Notes: generated by a model not told the origin, from the sequence alone. A stretch of DNA of 64,000 nucleotides from an uncultured Acetobacteraceae bacterium (GCA_903918315.1 CAIXEA010000029.1:22777-86776), one strand, 5' to 3'; shown: positions 49,175 to 59,264, counted from the first letter of the stretch. Translations and numbers: made by a program.

Positions 49175-49621
49175 ATGATCCCACCGTTGGTCCCCGTCAG
49201 CACGTCCCATGCCGAAGTGATGGGCCATATTCACGAAGCGGCGTTTCCACCAGACGAGGTGTGGTCCGCCACCGTCCTGGCGCTGCATGCGGGCCTGCCT
49301 GGTGGATTCGGCCTCATGGACCCACGAGGGGGCTTCGTGCTGGCACGCACGATCATGGATGAAAGCGAAATTCTGACGATCGGGGTCGTGCCGCAAGCGC
49401 GGCGGCTCGGGATCGGTGCCCGGTTATTGCGCGCGGTCATGACAGAGGCCGCATCCATGGCCGCGACCACGATGTTTCTGGAGGTTGCGACCCATAACGG
49501 CGCGGCGCGGGCCTTATACGCTGGTCTCGGGTTTCAGGAGGTCGGCCTGCGTAAGCGCTATTATCCCAACGGCGATGACGCGCTGGTGATGCGGGTCGCT
49601 CTCACGTCCCCCGGCGGATGA
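49175..49621 (+). CDS. rimI: RimI-like GNAT acetyltransferase
   Basis: ESEILTIGV, RRLGIG, FLEV, LYAGLGF and RKRYY motifs. Confidence 0.88.
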   Translation: MIPPLVPVSTSHAEVMGHIHEAAFPPDEVWSATVLALHAGLPGGFGLMDPRGGFVLARTIMDESEILTIGVVPQARRLGIGARLLRAVMTEAASMAATTMFLEVATHNGAARALYAGLGFQEVGLRKRYYPNGDDALVMRVALTSPGG

Positions 49622-49847
49622 CCAGTACGCTGCGCCCATCCGGGTAGGTTGCGATCGACAGGACCTCGTGTCCCTGCTCTTTGGCGGTGCGCGGGACATT
49701 GCGGAGGGGTTCTTCGCCTTTCAGGGTCACACGCAGCACCTGGCCGGGGACCATGCGATCAAGCGCCAGGCGAGTCCGCACGAAGGTCATCGGGCAGAGA
49801 TCGCTGGTGATGTCGATCTCGCGATCGGCCGCTGGGGTTTGCTCCAT
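49602..49847 (-). CDS. TusA/SirA-family sulfurtransferase
   Basis: IDITSDLCPMTFVRTRLAL motif; 3' end overlaps rimI by 20 nt. Confidence 0.9.
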   Translation of the reverse strand: MEQTPAADREIDITSDLCPMTFVRTRLALDRMVPGQVLRVTLKGEEPLRNVPRTAKEQGHEVLSIATYPDGRSVLVIRRGT

Positions 49848-50034
49848 CGATAGGCCCTGTTCGCTGTAACCATCCAGGCCGGGTGCGGCCGCGAATGGCA
49901 CCTGTACAGGACGCTGGCGGATACCGGCAAGATCGCCGCCTCCGGTGTTCGATAGACAGGGACCCGTGGGATCGGCTACGCAATCCGGGCGCGCCTGTGT
50001 GTCCGCCATCCTGCCGGCGGAGGATCAGCGCCCT

Positions 50035-50550
50035 ATGGCAACAAGGGATCGGATGGAATCGCGCATCGAGCGTCTGTGCGTCGAGCGAGGCTTGAAAATG
50101 ACGGGGCAGCGCCGCGTCGTCGCCCGGGTCCTGTCGGATGCCAGCGATCACCCTGATGTCGAGGAATTGTATCGCCGCGCGGCCGAACGCGATTCCCGCA
50201 TCTCGATCGCCACCGTCTACCGAACGGTTCGGCTGTTCGAGGAGAAAGGCATTCTCGAACGCCGCGACTTCGGCGGTGGCCGGGCCCGCTACGAACCCAG
50301 CGAACATGGCCATCATCACCACCTGATCGATGTCGAGACCGGCAAGGTGATCGAATTCGAAGACGCCGAACATGAAGCGCTGATGCGGACCATCGCACGG
50401 CGACTCGGATTTGAACTGGTATCCCTAAGGCTTGAACTGTTCGGCCGCCGGCTGGAACCCGCGCCCGCGGCGCCCGGTGCCCGAACCGCCAAACGCCCTC
50501 GGCGCCGCGATGTGAACCCGCCCCTTATGACCAATCAGGTGCCGTCATGA
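50035..50550 (+). CDS. fur: Fur-family regulator (Fur/Mur)
   Basis: MTGQRR, DHPDVEELY, IATVYRT and HHHHLIDVETGKVIEF motifs; start 50035 or 50053. Confidence 0.93.
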   Translation: MATRDRMESRIERLCVERGLKMTGQRRVVARVLSDASDHPDVEELYRRAAERDSRISIATVYRTVRLFEEKGILERRDFGGGRARYEPSEHGHHHHLIDVETGKVIEFEDAEHEALMRTIARRLGFELVSLRLELFGRRLEPAPAAPGARTAKRPRRRDVNPPLMTNQVPS

Positions 50551-51368
50551 CCGAATCGTCTCCCTCCTCGGCGCCGCTGTTCGCGGAAATTCAGGCCGGC
50601 AATCTCGGGGTGCGCCTCGCGACCTCCGCCGATGAGATCGATGCGATGCAAGCCCTGCGCTATCGGGTGTTCTATGGCGAGATGGGGGCGAAGGCGGATG
50701 CCGCGACCGCCCGGTCCCAGCGTGATCGGGATGCCTATGACGCGGTGGCGGACCATCTGCTGGTGGTCGATCATGACCTTGGCGAGGGGGCCAAAGGCGT
50801 CGTCGGAACCTATCGGTTGATTCGCTCAGAAGCCGCGGCAAAAATCGGCCATTTCTATTCCGCCGACGAATACGATTTGTCTAAGTTAGAAGCTTTTGAC
50901 GGCAAGATTCTGGAGCTCGGCCGATCCTGCGTGGCGGAGCAATATCGTGGGCGGGCGGTGATGCAACTGCTCTGGAGCGGGATCGCCGCCTATGTTTTCC
51001 ACCACGATATCGCGCTGATGTTCGGCTGTGCCAGCCTGCCAGGGACCGATACCGATGCTCTGGCGACCGAGTTGACCTATCTGTACTACCACCACCTCGC
51101 CCCTGCCGCGATCCGGCCGCGTGCCCTGCCACATCGCTATATCGAAATGCGCCGGGTCGACCGGGATTCGTTCGATCCCCGGCGCGCTTTGGCGGCGCTG
51201 CCACCGTTGGTCAAAGGCTATCTGCGGCTGGGCGGTTTCGTGGGGGACGGCGCGGTGATCGATGCCCAATTCAACACCACCGACATCGCGGTTGTGGTGA
51301 AGACCGACCTCGTGACTCAAAAATATGCCCACCATTACGAGCGTCAGTCCCGCGGTTCGGCTGTCTGA
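50547..51368 (+). CDS. GNAT N-acyltransferase, ornithine-lipid synthase OlsB-like
   Basis: ALRYRVF, DAYD...DHLLV, VGTYR, LELGRSCV and LPPLVKGYLRLG motifs. Confidence 0.88.
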   Translation: MTESSPSSAPLFAEIQAGNLGVRLATSADEIDAMQALRYRVFYGEMGAKADAATARSQRDRDAYDAVADHLLVVDHDLGEGAKGVVGTYRLIRSEAAAKIGHFYSADEYDLSKLEAFDGKILELGRSCVAEQYRGRAVMQLLWSGIAAYVFHHDIALMFGCASLPGTDTDALATELTYLYYHHLAPAAIRPRALPHRYIEMRRVDRDSFDPRRALAALPPLVKGYLRLGGFVGDGAVIDAQFNTTDIAVVVKTDLVTQKYAHHYERQSRGSAV

Positions 51369-51379
51369 GCCTTTCGCCC

Positions 51380-52915
51380 ATGCGATCGTCCTTGCTCGCC
51401 TTGCCGAGCCGGCTGTCCGGTTGGAGCGCAGTTTGGCTGACATTCAGCCTTGGCGCGCTCAGCGCTGCCGCATTGCCGCCCCTCCATGTGCTTCCGGTGC
51501 TGCTGGTGAGCGTACCAGGATTACTGACCCTGATTGGCCGATCAGATCACGCTGCGATGGCATTTCGCCGCGGCTGGTGGTTTGGGTTCGGCCTTAACCT
51601 GTTGGGGCTTTATTGGGTAACCGAGGCGATTCTGATTGAGGGCGAACGGTTCTGGTGGCTCGTGCCCCTCGCTGTTCCGGCCTTGGCCGCGGTCATGGCC
51701 GTGTTCATTGGGCTTGCGACGATGGGAACACGGCTGGCATCGGCGGGCTGGCGGCGAATCCTGATGCTGGCGGGCTGCTGGACGGCCATGGACCTCGCCC
51801 GCCAGTTCGTGCTGACGGGCTTTCCGTGGAACCCACTGGGGAGCGTCTGGGCTGTTCCCGGCCCCATCGGCGATGTCATGATCCAACCGGCGGCCTGGGT
51901 GAGCGTGCATGGCCTGACTCTATTGACGGTGCTTCTGGCCGCGGCACCCACACTGGGCTGGCAAGGCTGGGCCGCGGCGGGGATCAGCATTCTGCTCTGG
52001 GCCGGTTTTGGGGCGTCGCCGCCGTCACAGCCTGCGCAATCACCGGGTGCACGAATGGTCGTGGCGCAGGGCAACGTGCCGCAGGGCCAGAAATGGGACC
52101 GATCCCTGATCGACAGCACGTTCGATCGCTACCTCCGCTTGACGGCGGAGGGGATCCAACGCGCTGGCCCAGGTACCACCGTCGTGCTTTGGCCGGAGAC
52201 CGCCTCCCCCTATCAATTGGCGACCGATGCCGGCGCCCGCATGGCTATCAGCGATGTCATCGGCGATGCCATCGCGCTGATCGGCGCCGTTCGCTTCGGG
52301 GCGGAAGGCAGACCTCGTAACAGCCTGTTTGCCCTCGCGTCCGGCGGATTGATCACGCAGATCTACGACAAAGCCCATCTCGTACCCTTTGGGGAATACC
52401 AGCCTGACTGGCTGGCGATCGGCATCCAGCTCGTGCCCGGGGGGGGCTTCATGCCTGGACCGGGGCCAACAACGCTGTCCCCCCCAGGCATTCCCCCGGT
52501 CGGACCGCAGATCTGCTACGAGATCATCTTCCCTGGCCAGATCGTGGACGAAGCGAATCGCCCCGCCTGGATCGCCAATGTGACCAATGACGCATGGTTC
52601 GGTAATTCCTCCGGGCCGCGTCAGCATTTGGCGGCGGCACGGATGCGCGCGGTGGAAGAAGGGCTCCCCCTGGTCCGGGCGGCAAATACCGGCATATCGG
52701 CGGTGTTCGACGGGCGCGGTCATGAGATCGCGCGACTCGGCATGCGTGAAACGGGGACGATTGTGACGGACCTGCCACCAGCCCTGCCGCCAACCATATT
52801 TGCCCGGTTTGGATTGGCCTTGCCGGCGGTTATGGCCTTGACGGCCATCATAAGTGCGATGATCGGCGCCAATCCGTGGGATCGACGGGTTCAGCGACGT
52901 TCCAGAAACACTTAA
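51380..52915 (+). CDS. lnt: Apolipoprotein N-acyltransferase
   Basis: WPET, KAHLVPFGEY, QICYE, NVTNDAWFG and RAANTGIS motifs. Confidence 0.96.
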   Translation: MRSSLLALPSRLSGWSAVWLTFSLGALSAAALPPLHVLPVLLVSVPGLLTLIGRSDHAAMAFRRGWWFGFGLNLLGLYWVTEAILIEGERFWWLVPLAVPALAAVMAVFIGLATMGTRLASAGWRRILMLAGCWTAMDLARQFVLTGFPWNPLGSVWAVPGPIGDVMIQPAAWVSVHGLTLLTVLLAAAPTLGWQGWAAAGISILLWAGFGASPPSQPAQSPGARMVVAQGNVPQGQKWDRSLIDSTFDRYLRLTAEGIQRAGPGTTVVLWPETASPYQLATDAGARMAISDVIGDAIALIGAVRFGAEGRPRNSLFALASGGLITQIYDKAHLVPFGEYQPDWLAIGIQLVPGGGFMPGPGPTTLSPPGIPPVGPQICYEIIFPGQIVDEANRPAWIANVTNDAWFGNSSGPRQHLAAARMRAVEEGLPLVRAANTGISAVFDGRGHEIARLGMRETGTIVTDLPPALPPTIFARFGLALPAVMALTAIISAMIGANPWDRRVQRRSRNT

Positions 52916-53075
52916 CAAAACCCACAAACACGCCAATTAATCTTTTTTAAGATTTTTCTATCGCGCAAACAGCGCATTGTTGACAATTCTCGGTTGTGGT
53001 TTTAACACCAGCTCGCCATACAGACGGCAATCGCGCGTCATCAATGACATTTTCACGCTTGGATGTCGCTTAACT
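52911..53075. promoter_or_regulatory. AT-rich regulatory region of the XRE gene with palindromes and several TTAA half-sites
   Basis: AATCTT-TTTT-AAGATT (52939-52954); ATTGTTGACAAT containing TTGACA (52980-52985). Confidence 0.5.
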
Positions 53076-53105
53076 AACGCAATTCTCAACCATGAGGAAA
53101 CATCG

Positions 53106-53564
53106 ATGGCAGGGGTCGAGCAGATCGCAGGCATCGAACGCGAGGGGCGTCCCAGCCCGATCGACGTCCATGTCGGGACACGCATCCGGCTGCGCCGCAC
53201 CCTGCTCGGCATGTCGCAAGAACGGCTGGGGGAGGCCCTGGGCCTCACGTTCCAGCAGGTTCAGAAATATGAGCGTGGCGTCAACCGGGTCGGTGCCTCG
53301 CGGCTCTTCGATCTGTCCCGCGTGCTGGACGTACCCATCAGCTTCTTCTTCGACGATATGCCCGACAATCTGGCCAGCACATTTGGCGCCCAGCCGGGCC
53401 GCCGTCCCGCTGGTTTCCTGGATACCGGTGACTCCGGCGTTGATGAAGCTTTGAACCGGCGGGAAACGCTGGAACTGGTGCGCGCCTACTACCGCATCAC
53501 GGATCCGTCGGTCCGCAAGCGGGTGTTCGATCTCATCAAATCGATGGGTCCACCAGAAGCCTGA
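53106..53564 (+). CDS. XRE-family HTH transcriptional regulator (lnt-linked)
   Basis: PIDVHVGTRIRLRR...GLTFQQVQKYERGVNRVGASRL motif. Confidence 0.94.
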   Translation: MAGVEQIAGIEREGRPSPIDVHVGTRIRLRRTLLGMSQERLGEALGLTFQQVQKYERGVNRVGASRLFDLSRVLDVPISFFFDDMPDNLASTFGAQPGRRPAGFLDTGDSGVDEALNRRETLELVRAYYRITDPSVRKRVFDLIKSMGPPEA

Positions 53565-53571
53565 TTCCCCA

Positions 53572-54096
53572 TCAAATCAACTGTGGGTTGTCAAAGCGCG
53601 GATTCCGCGCGAGGAAAAGCGCGTCACGCAGCGCCCGCGCCAGCGCCCGTTTTTCCACGGCCCCCAGTGCCGCCCCAACTTCCAAATGCTGCTGACGCTG
53701 GCCGAGCAGCAACCGCGGCACCCGGCCATTCTCTTCTTCCAGCAGCACGTTCAGCCAGGCGGCCGGCAGGCGGATCTGCGAACGCCGCCCGGATGGCGTG
53801 GTGCGCACGATGCGCAACTGCCCGGCAGTCAGCACCACCCGTTCGGAGGCACGGCCCGACCGATGGTGCAAATGCAGCAGACCCAGAACGATCGGGATTT
53901 CGATCATGCAGAAGGCGGTTACCGGCCAAGCCCCCAGCATCCAGAAACGCACGCCAAGGGCAGCACAAAGCCCAATGAGCGCCCGGGCCAGCCAACGCCG
54001 GCCCGGCGCCGCCAGGCTTCGGTGAGGCCGGATCGTCGCCTCAAAAATCACAGGCTCCGGATTGACGACGGAATCAACTGGCATGGTCGCGGACAA
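53572..54096 (-). CDS. DUF2244 integral membrane protein
   Basis: RPHRSL, GAWPV and EVGAALGAVEKRALA motifs. Confidence 0.88.
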   Translation of the reverse strand: MSATMPVDSVVNPEPVIFEATIRPHRSLAAPGRRWLARALIGLCAALGVRFWMLGAWPVTAFCMIEIPIVLGLLHLHHRSGRASERVVLTAGQLRIVRTTPSGRRSQIRLPAAWLNVLLEEENGRVPRLLLGQRQQHLEVGAALGAVEKRALARALRDALFLARNPRFDNPQLI

Positions 54097-54161
54097 CCCT
54101 GACGCAAATGATATAGGATGGCGACGGCGGCAATCGCGCCGTGTGACGAGTATAACCTGTT

Positions 54162-54860
54162 ATGCCGGTTCTTTCGAAATCTTCCGCAACGGCGCAGCAA
54201 CCCAAATCAACCCGGGCGATACCAATCGCGGCGGTGCGGCCGTTCCTGACCGCGCTGGCAGCCGGCAATCCCAATCCAGAGACTGAACTGGTCTACAGCG
54301 ATCCGTTTACGTTGCTGGTCGCCGTCGTGCTGTCGGCACAGGCGACCGATGTATCGGTCAACCGCGCAACGGCGACGCTGTTCAAGGATGCCCCCACCCC
54401 GGCCGCGATGGTCGCTTTAGGCGTGGACGGGGTTGGCCGGCATATCCGCTCGATCGGCCTTTGGCAGGGCAAGGCGCGGAATGTGGTCGCACTGTCGCAC
54501 ATTCTATTGGACCGATATGCCGGCGCCGTACCGCAGGACCGGGAGGCCCTGGAATCGCTGCCGGGCGTCGGACGTAAAACGGCCAATGTCGTACTGAATG
54601 TCGCCTTCGGCCATCCGACGATGGCGGTCGACACGCATATCTTCCGCATCGGCAACCGCACCGGCCTGGCGCCAGGCACCACACCGCGCATGGTCGAGGA
54701 CAGGCTGATCAAACGCATCCCGGCGGACATGCTGCGCGACGCGCATAATTGGCTGATCCTGCACGGGCGCTACATCTGCAAAGCCCGCAAGCCGGAATGC
54801 TGGCGCTGCCCGGCGACACAATGGTGCCGGTTTAAGGACAAGGTCCTTGCCCCCGGCTGA
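54162..54860 (+). CDS. nth: Endonuclease III
   Basis: LLVAVVLSAQATD, LPGVGRKTANVV, AVDTH and CKARKPECWRC motifs. Confidence 0.97.
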   Translation: MPVLSKSSATAQQPKSTRAIPIAAVRPFLTALAAGNPNPETELVYSDPFTLLVAVVLSAQATDVSVNRATATLFKDAPTPAAMVALGVDGVGRHIRSIGLWQGKARNVVALSHILLDRYAGAVPQDREALESLPGVGRKTANVVLNVAFGHPTMAVDTHIFRIGNRTGLAPGTTPRMVEDRLIKRIPADMLRDAHNWLILHGRYICKARKPECWRCPATQWCRFKDKVLAPG

Positions 54861-55925
54861 TCACTGAACCGGCCAGTCGATCTCCGGCAGGCGCAGGAGC
54901 GGTACCTGGCGCATCGACAAGGTGCGAAACTGCAGCGTGAGTGGCACATCGACATCCGGTGTCTCCCCTTCTGCTGGCGTGCCGGCAAGCAATGAGAGCA
55001 CGGCCTTGGCGGCGGTGACCGCTGATCGGGTCAACACACCAGAATCCGCGAGGGCATCCAGAGTGGCACCATAGCCCGTTACATGCGAATTGCCCGCACC
55101 CATCGGCTGCAACTGGTCATCCAAAGCGAGGGTCGCGGAAGCCGCCAGATTGAGCGGCCCCCAGGCCAGAACCAGCCGCTGAACCTCGACCGAACCGCCG
55201 CCGTCACGCCAGGAAGCGGCCCAAGGCGTTAGTCCCTGGATGGGTGGCAGTGGCCCAACGACGCCACCCTCTGCTGCCAGCGAAGCCAGCCGCGCCCCAA
55301 GCGGCCAATGCACCACGGGCGGTAACGCGATGTCACTGGCCTCGATAGAGAATTGGATCACTTTGTCGCCCGGTCCGGCCAGAGGCTCAAATCCAAGATG
55401 CGCGCGCGCTTGGGCAATCGCGAACCCCTGGGCCTTAGCGAGCCCAGGTGCCGGCCCGTTCGCTCCGCCAGGATTGGCACGGAGGTTGGATAACAGCACC
55501 TCAAACTCACGCGATTCGTCATTGGACGCGAGGGTGGTGCCAGCGGCGAAGCGATCTGCCTCGATTCGGACCTCGGGCAATCCGGGCAGACGCAACCGTT
55601 GGGTTCCCTCCACTTCGATTTCCAGAAATCGCGGGTCTGAAAGGGCGACCGACAAAGTGATCCTGGAGGCCTGCCAGACGAACATGGGCGTGCGCGCCGG
55701 GTCGGCACCGATGACCAATTCCCCGATCGTCAAACGGGCCGCGAATGGCCACCCCGCCGAATGCGTGCGCCCATGCGCTATGGTGAGACCAACGGTCCGC
55801 ATGCGATCCGCCCAAGCCTCGAATCCCGCCTCAAGGCGCTTCGCCGCGATTTCCCAAAGGATCGCGTCGGCGATGAACAAGGCCGCCATCAATGACACGG
55901 CGAGGATCCAGACCCTGCGTCTCAT
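54861..55925 (-). CDS. DUF2125 domain protein
   Basis: N-terminal TM, AGWPFAARL, WGPL...LALDDQLQPMG and C-terminal VPLTL...LP.IDW motifs. Confidence 0.82.
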   Translation of the reverse strand: MRRRVWILAVSLMAALFIADAILWEIAAKRLEAGFEAWADRMRTVGLTIAHGRTHSAGWPFAARLTIGELVIGADPARTPMFVWQASRITLSVALSDPRFLEIEVEGTQRLRLPGLPEVRIEADRFAAGTTLASNDESREFEVLLSNLRANPGGANGPAPGLAKAQGFAIAQARAHLGFEPLAGPGDKVIQFSIEASDIALPPVVHWPLGARLASLAAEGGVVGPLPPIQGLTPWAASWRDGGGSVEVQRLVLAWGPLNLAASATLALDDQLQPMGAGNSHVTGYGATLDALADSGVLTRSAVTAAKAVLSLLAGTPAEGETPDVDVPLTLQFRTLSMRQVPLLRLPEIDWPVQ

Positions 55926-56089
55926 GCGTCTCCATGCCACACAGGATGGTCTTTCAGGTCGAGGGTCGGATGTCTCGGTTCGTCCCAAGCCACCTAATAG
56001 GACAGCGCCGATCCCAAAGTAAGTCCGGCGTGCTGGTAAATCAGGGCGCTTGTCGGAATTTTCATGATCACGGCGCGCAAACGGTGCAT

Positions 56090-56222
56090 TTACCCCCAAC
56101 ATCCACGGTCTCTTTCGGGCCTGTGGATAAACACTATTGTTATAAACAAAACAATACTATGGGGACCTTACCTCGTTTATTATGAGAATTGTGACAGTGC
56201 TTAGCTCACAGAGTTACCCACA
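56090..56222. other. Candidate replication origin: DnaA boxes flanking an AT-rich core
   Basis: Perfect TGTGGATAA (56122-56130), TTACCCACA (56214-56222), weaker boxes at 56090-56107; only 6 G/C in 56131-56160. Confidence 0.5.
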
Positions 56223-56926
56223 GGGCCTGTTGGTGGGTCGATCGTCTGTTCCAGCGCGTGTTTGAGGCGTTCCATCAGTTCGTCGCGCGGCAAACCAACC
56301 GGGAGCGCTGGCAGGATCTTCACATGAATCGTGCCTGGATATTTGTGAAAGGCACGCCGTCCCCAACGCAGTCCAGAGTCCGTGATCACCGGAATGACCG
56401 GCATTTTGGTGCGGGTCGCCAAAGCGGCGACACCGGGTTGCAACGGCAGCAAGGCGCCGGGTGGCGCGCGGGTGCCTTCCGGGAAAATGACGATCTGGCG
56501 CCCGTCCTGGATCACACGCTGCCCCTGCCTGACCAATTCCCGGATGGTGCGGGCCCCGCCTTCCCGGTCAACGGCGATCATATCGGTCGCCTTCATGAGA
56601 GGCCCCATGAGCGGGATCCGCAGCAGTTCCTTTTTCAAGACATAGCAACAGCGTGGCAGCAGCGTGAACCAGACCAGAGTATCAAAGGCCGACTGATGGC
56701 GGGACGCGATCAGGGCCGGACCTGGGGGAAGATTCTCTTGCCCGGACACGTCCAGCCGAATGCCGCAGATCACCCGCGCCGACCAGATTCCAAGGCTTGA
56801 CCAGGCGACCGCGATCGGGAGGAGTTTGGTCGGCACGACAAGACGCATGACGCCTCCGATGAGGCTCAGGATCGCCGTGCCGCCGAAGAATACGATGTAA
56901 AAGAGGAAGGATCGTATCACAATCAT
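56201..56926 (-). CDS. plsC: 1-acyl-sn-glycerol-3-phosphate acyltransferase family
   Basis: HQSAFDT, KKEL, VDR and IFPEGTR motifs. Confidence 0.9.
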   Translation of the reverse strand: MIVIRSFLFYIVFFGGTAILSLIGGVMRLVVPTKLLPIAVAWSSLGIWSARVICGIRLDVSGQENLPPGPALIASRHQSAFDTLVWFTLLPRCCYVLKKELLRIPLMGPLMKATDMIAVDREGGARTIRELVRQGQRVIQDGRQIVIFPEGTRAPPGALLPLQPGVAALATRTKMPVIPVITDSGLRWGRRAFHKYPGTIHVKILPALPVGLPRDELMERLKHALEQTIDPPTGPVGNSVS

Positions 56927-57552
56927 CCGGCATGTCCCGTGTGTCTTGGCGTATCCCGTACCGGGAGCCAGGCCGTAACCCCGGTCAGGGCGATCAGGTA
57001 TTTTGAATATTCCTCAGCCATCAACCGCGACAGAAGTGTGCGCTTCGTGCCCCCCGGAAGCAGCACGGGCTCCGCGAGAAGAGTGGTATCGGGCAGAACA
57101 TGCCGCAGTTCCACCAACGCCCGCGGCATATGATAATAGGCGGTCACGACCAGGAGACTCCGAATTTGGTTGTCGTTCACCCAGGCCGCGGTCTCCTGCG
57201 CATTGCCGAAGGTGGAATTGGCGTGCCGCCCAAGCGTTATACGTCGTGCAAGGGCGGCGGTGTCCACCCCGGATCCGCGTCCAAGCACCGAGAGGTCCGC
57301 CCCTCCGCCGATGCCGGAGATCAGGAGCTTGTCTGCCCGCCCATCTGATAGAAGATGCAGGGCCAGCTCAACTCGGTCCGCGCCGCCGGTCAGGACGACG
57401 ATTCCATCGGCCATGCCTGGGTATTGCGCCTCTTGCGACGTCAGACGCAGGAACCACAGAAAGCCTGCCCCCCAGCAACCCACCGCCACGGACAGAACCA
57501 ACGCCAGGCGCAGTCCCCAGTGGCGGACGAATTGGCATAGGACCGGCTTCAC
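56923..57552 (-). CDS. YdcF/DUF218 family protein
   Basis: IVVLTGGADRV, LLISG, STFGNAQE and VTAYYHMPRA motifs; GTGA overlap with ftsX. Confidence 0.9.
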   Translation of the reverse strand: MKPVLCQFVRHWGLRLALVLSVAVGCWGAGFLWFLRLTSQEAQYPGMADGIVVLTGGADRVELALHLLSDGRADKLLISGIGGGADLSVLGRGSGVDTAALARRITLGRHANSTFGNAQETAAWVNDNQIRSLLVVTAYYHMPRALVELRHVLPDTTLLAEPVLLPGGTKRTLLSRLMAEEYSKYLIALTGVTAWLPVRDTPRHTGHAG

Positions 57553-58478
57553 GGGAGTTGCCTTAGCCATCGGCGGACGGTGCCCTGGGCGGTCAGGAAA
57601 CCGATCAGCGCCGCGCCGCCCGGGATGATCAACAGGCTCATCCAAAGCCCCGGCGGTAACGCCGCCAGAACGTCGAAGACAGTCTCCGGCAACGCCTTGG
57701 CACCGGAAAACGGTGCGACGACGCTGGCCAATGTCAGCAATGCCGGCACCGCCAATAAAGCGCCGATGAGGCCCCCAATCGCCGCCAGAGTGGTGGCGCG
57801 CGCCGCGAAACGCCCGGCGATATAGGAATCGGTCGCACCCAGGCCATGCACGATCTCAATCGCCTCCCGCCGCGCCGACAGCCCGGCCCGGGTCGCGACC
57901 GCGATGACAGCCGTCGCAACAGCGGCAACCAGAAGCAGCGCGAGGCCAGAGCAAGCTTGCAGACTCCAGGCCAAGGCCGAAAGCCGCCGCAGCCAAACAC
58001 CATGGTCTTCAAGCACGGCGCCGGGCACGGCCGCCTGGAGTTGCGCGTTCAACGGGCCGATGTCCATGCTGCCCGACGTCAGATGCACCGCGACGACAGC
58101 GGGCATCGGCACGGACAGATGCTCCGCGCTCGTGCCTAACCAGGGTCGCAGCAGCTCACCCAATTCTTCATCGGACAGCGAATGGACGGACGCAATCCCG
58201 GCGGTCGCCGACAGCAGCGTGAGCGCCGAGTCCAGCCGGTTGCGTGAACCTCGTTCCGCCGGACCGGTGGGATTCGGGATCTGCAGCGTGAGCGCGGATC
58301 CGGCGCCATCCTGCCAATGACGCGCCAAAGCCGCCGTGCCGAACCAGCCGGCCGCGGCGAGCGCGGCCAAGAAGGCCATCGCGGCGACCAGCAGCGGCAG
58401 CATACGATCGGCCAGCGCCTGACGCAGGCCGAGTTCATCGAAGCCAGCGGGACGGAGGGAGGCCGACGGGACCTTCAT
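57549..58478 (-). CDS. ftsX: Cell division permease FtsX
   Basis: Four-TM layout; IEIVHGLGATDSYIA motif. Confidence 0.92.
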   Translation of the reverse strand: MKVPSASLRPAGFDELGLRQALADRMLPLLVAAMAFLAALAAAGWFGTAALARHWQDGAGSALTLQIPNPTGPAERGSRNRLDSALTLLSATAGIASVHSLSDEELGELLRPWLGTSAEHLSVPMPAVVAVHLTSGSMDIGPLNAQLQAAVPGAVLEDHGVWLRRLSALAWSLQACSGLALLLVAAVATAVIAVATRAGLSARREAIEIVHGLGATDSYIAGRFAARATTLAAIGGLIGALLAVPALLTLASVVAPFSGAKALPETVFDVLAALPPGLWMSLLIIPGGAALIGFLTAQGTVRRWLRQLP

Positions 58479-59152
58479 CCGTGTGCCACCAATCGGCCGT
58501 GATCCAGCCGAAGGGCCGCACCAGGATGGCGGGCGACCAAGGTATCGTTATGGGTCGCGACGATGACCGTAGTACCCAGGCGATTCAGCTCCTGAAACAG
58601 CTGCATCAGGCGCTCCGCCTGCGGCTCGTCCAGATTGCCGGTTGGTTCGTCGGCCAGGAGCAAACTCGGCCGCACGATAACAGCACGGGCGATGGCCACG
58701 CGCTGCTGCTCCCCGCCTGAGAGTTCTGGCGGGCGGGCGCCCAGCTTGCGGGCCAAACCAACCCAACGCAGCAACTCCGTGACATCGGCCCGGATCTGAC
58801 CTTCCGGCCGGCCCGCGATACGCAGCGGCAAGGCGACATTATCGAAGGCGCTGAGATGTTGGAGGAGGCGGAAATCCTGGAAGACGACGCCGATGCGGCG
58901 GCGCAGCCGTGGCAGCGCCTTGCGCGGGGTCCGGTCGATATCCGCCCCCAAAATCGACAGATGTCCGCGTGTCGGAAGTACCGCGAGATACATCATTTTC
59001 AGAAGGCTACTCTTGCCCGCGCCCGATGGTCCCAGCAGCCAGCGGAACGCACCTTCGGGCAACGCGAATGTGATATCGCGCAGCACTTCGGGCGCGGTCT
59101 CGGCGCCGCTGACGCGGCCATAGCGCAGACCTACAGACTCGAATCGGACCAT
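58475..59152 (-). CDS. ftsE: Cell division ATPase FtsE
   Basis: [33 protein letters not shown] and ADEPTGNLD motifs. Confidence 0.95.
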   Translation of the reverse strand: MVRFESVGLRYGRVSGAETAPEVLRDITFALPEGAFRWLLGPSGAGKSSLLKMMYLAVLPTRGHLSILGADIDRTPRKALPRLRRRIGVVFQDFRLLQHLSAFDNVALPLRIAGRPEGQIRADVTELLRWVGLARKLGARPPELSGGEQQRVAIARAVIVRPSLLLADEPTGNLDEPQAERLMQLFQELNRLGTTVIVATHNDTLVARHPGAALRLDHGRLVAHG

Positions 59153-59264
59153 GCGCGCAGCCTATCCGCCGGGACCGGTCCCTTGCCATCCCGTATCTCA
59201 AAAGCGATTGATATGGCAGCGCGGCTGTGCGAACGAACCGCCGCGTCAAACGGAAACCCTTGCC

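Noticed and set aside
52937-52950. Canonical CtrA box
   Set aside because: Spacing is TTAA-N6-TTAA, not N7; kept only as part of an unexplained regulatory region
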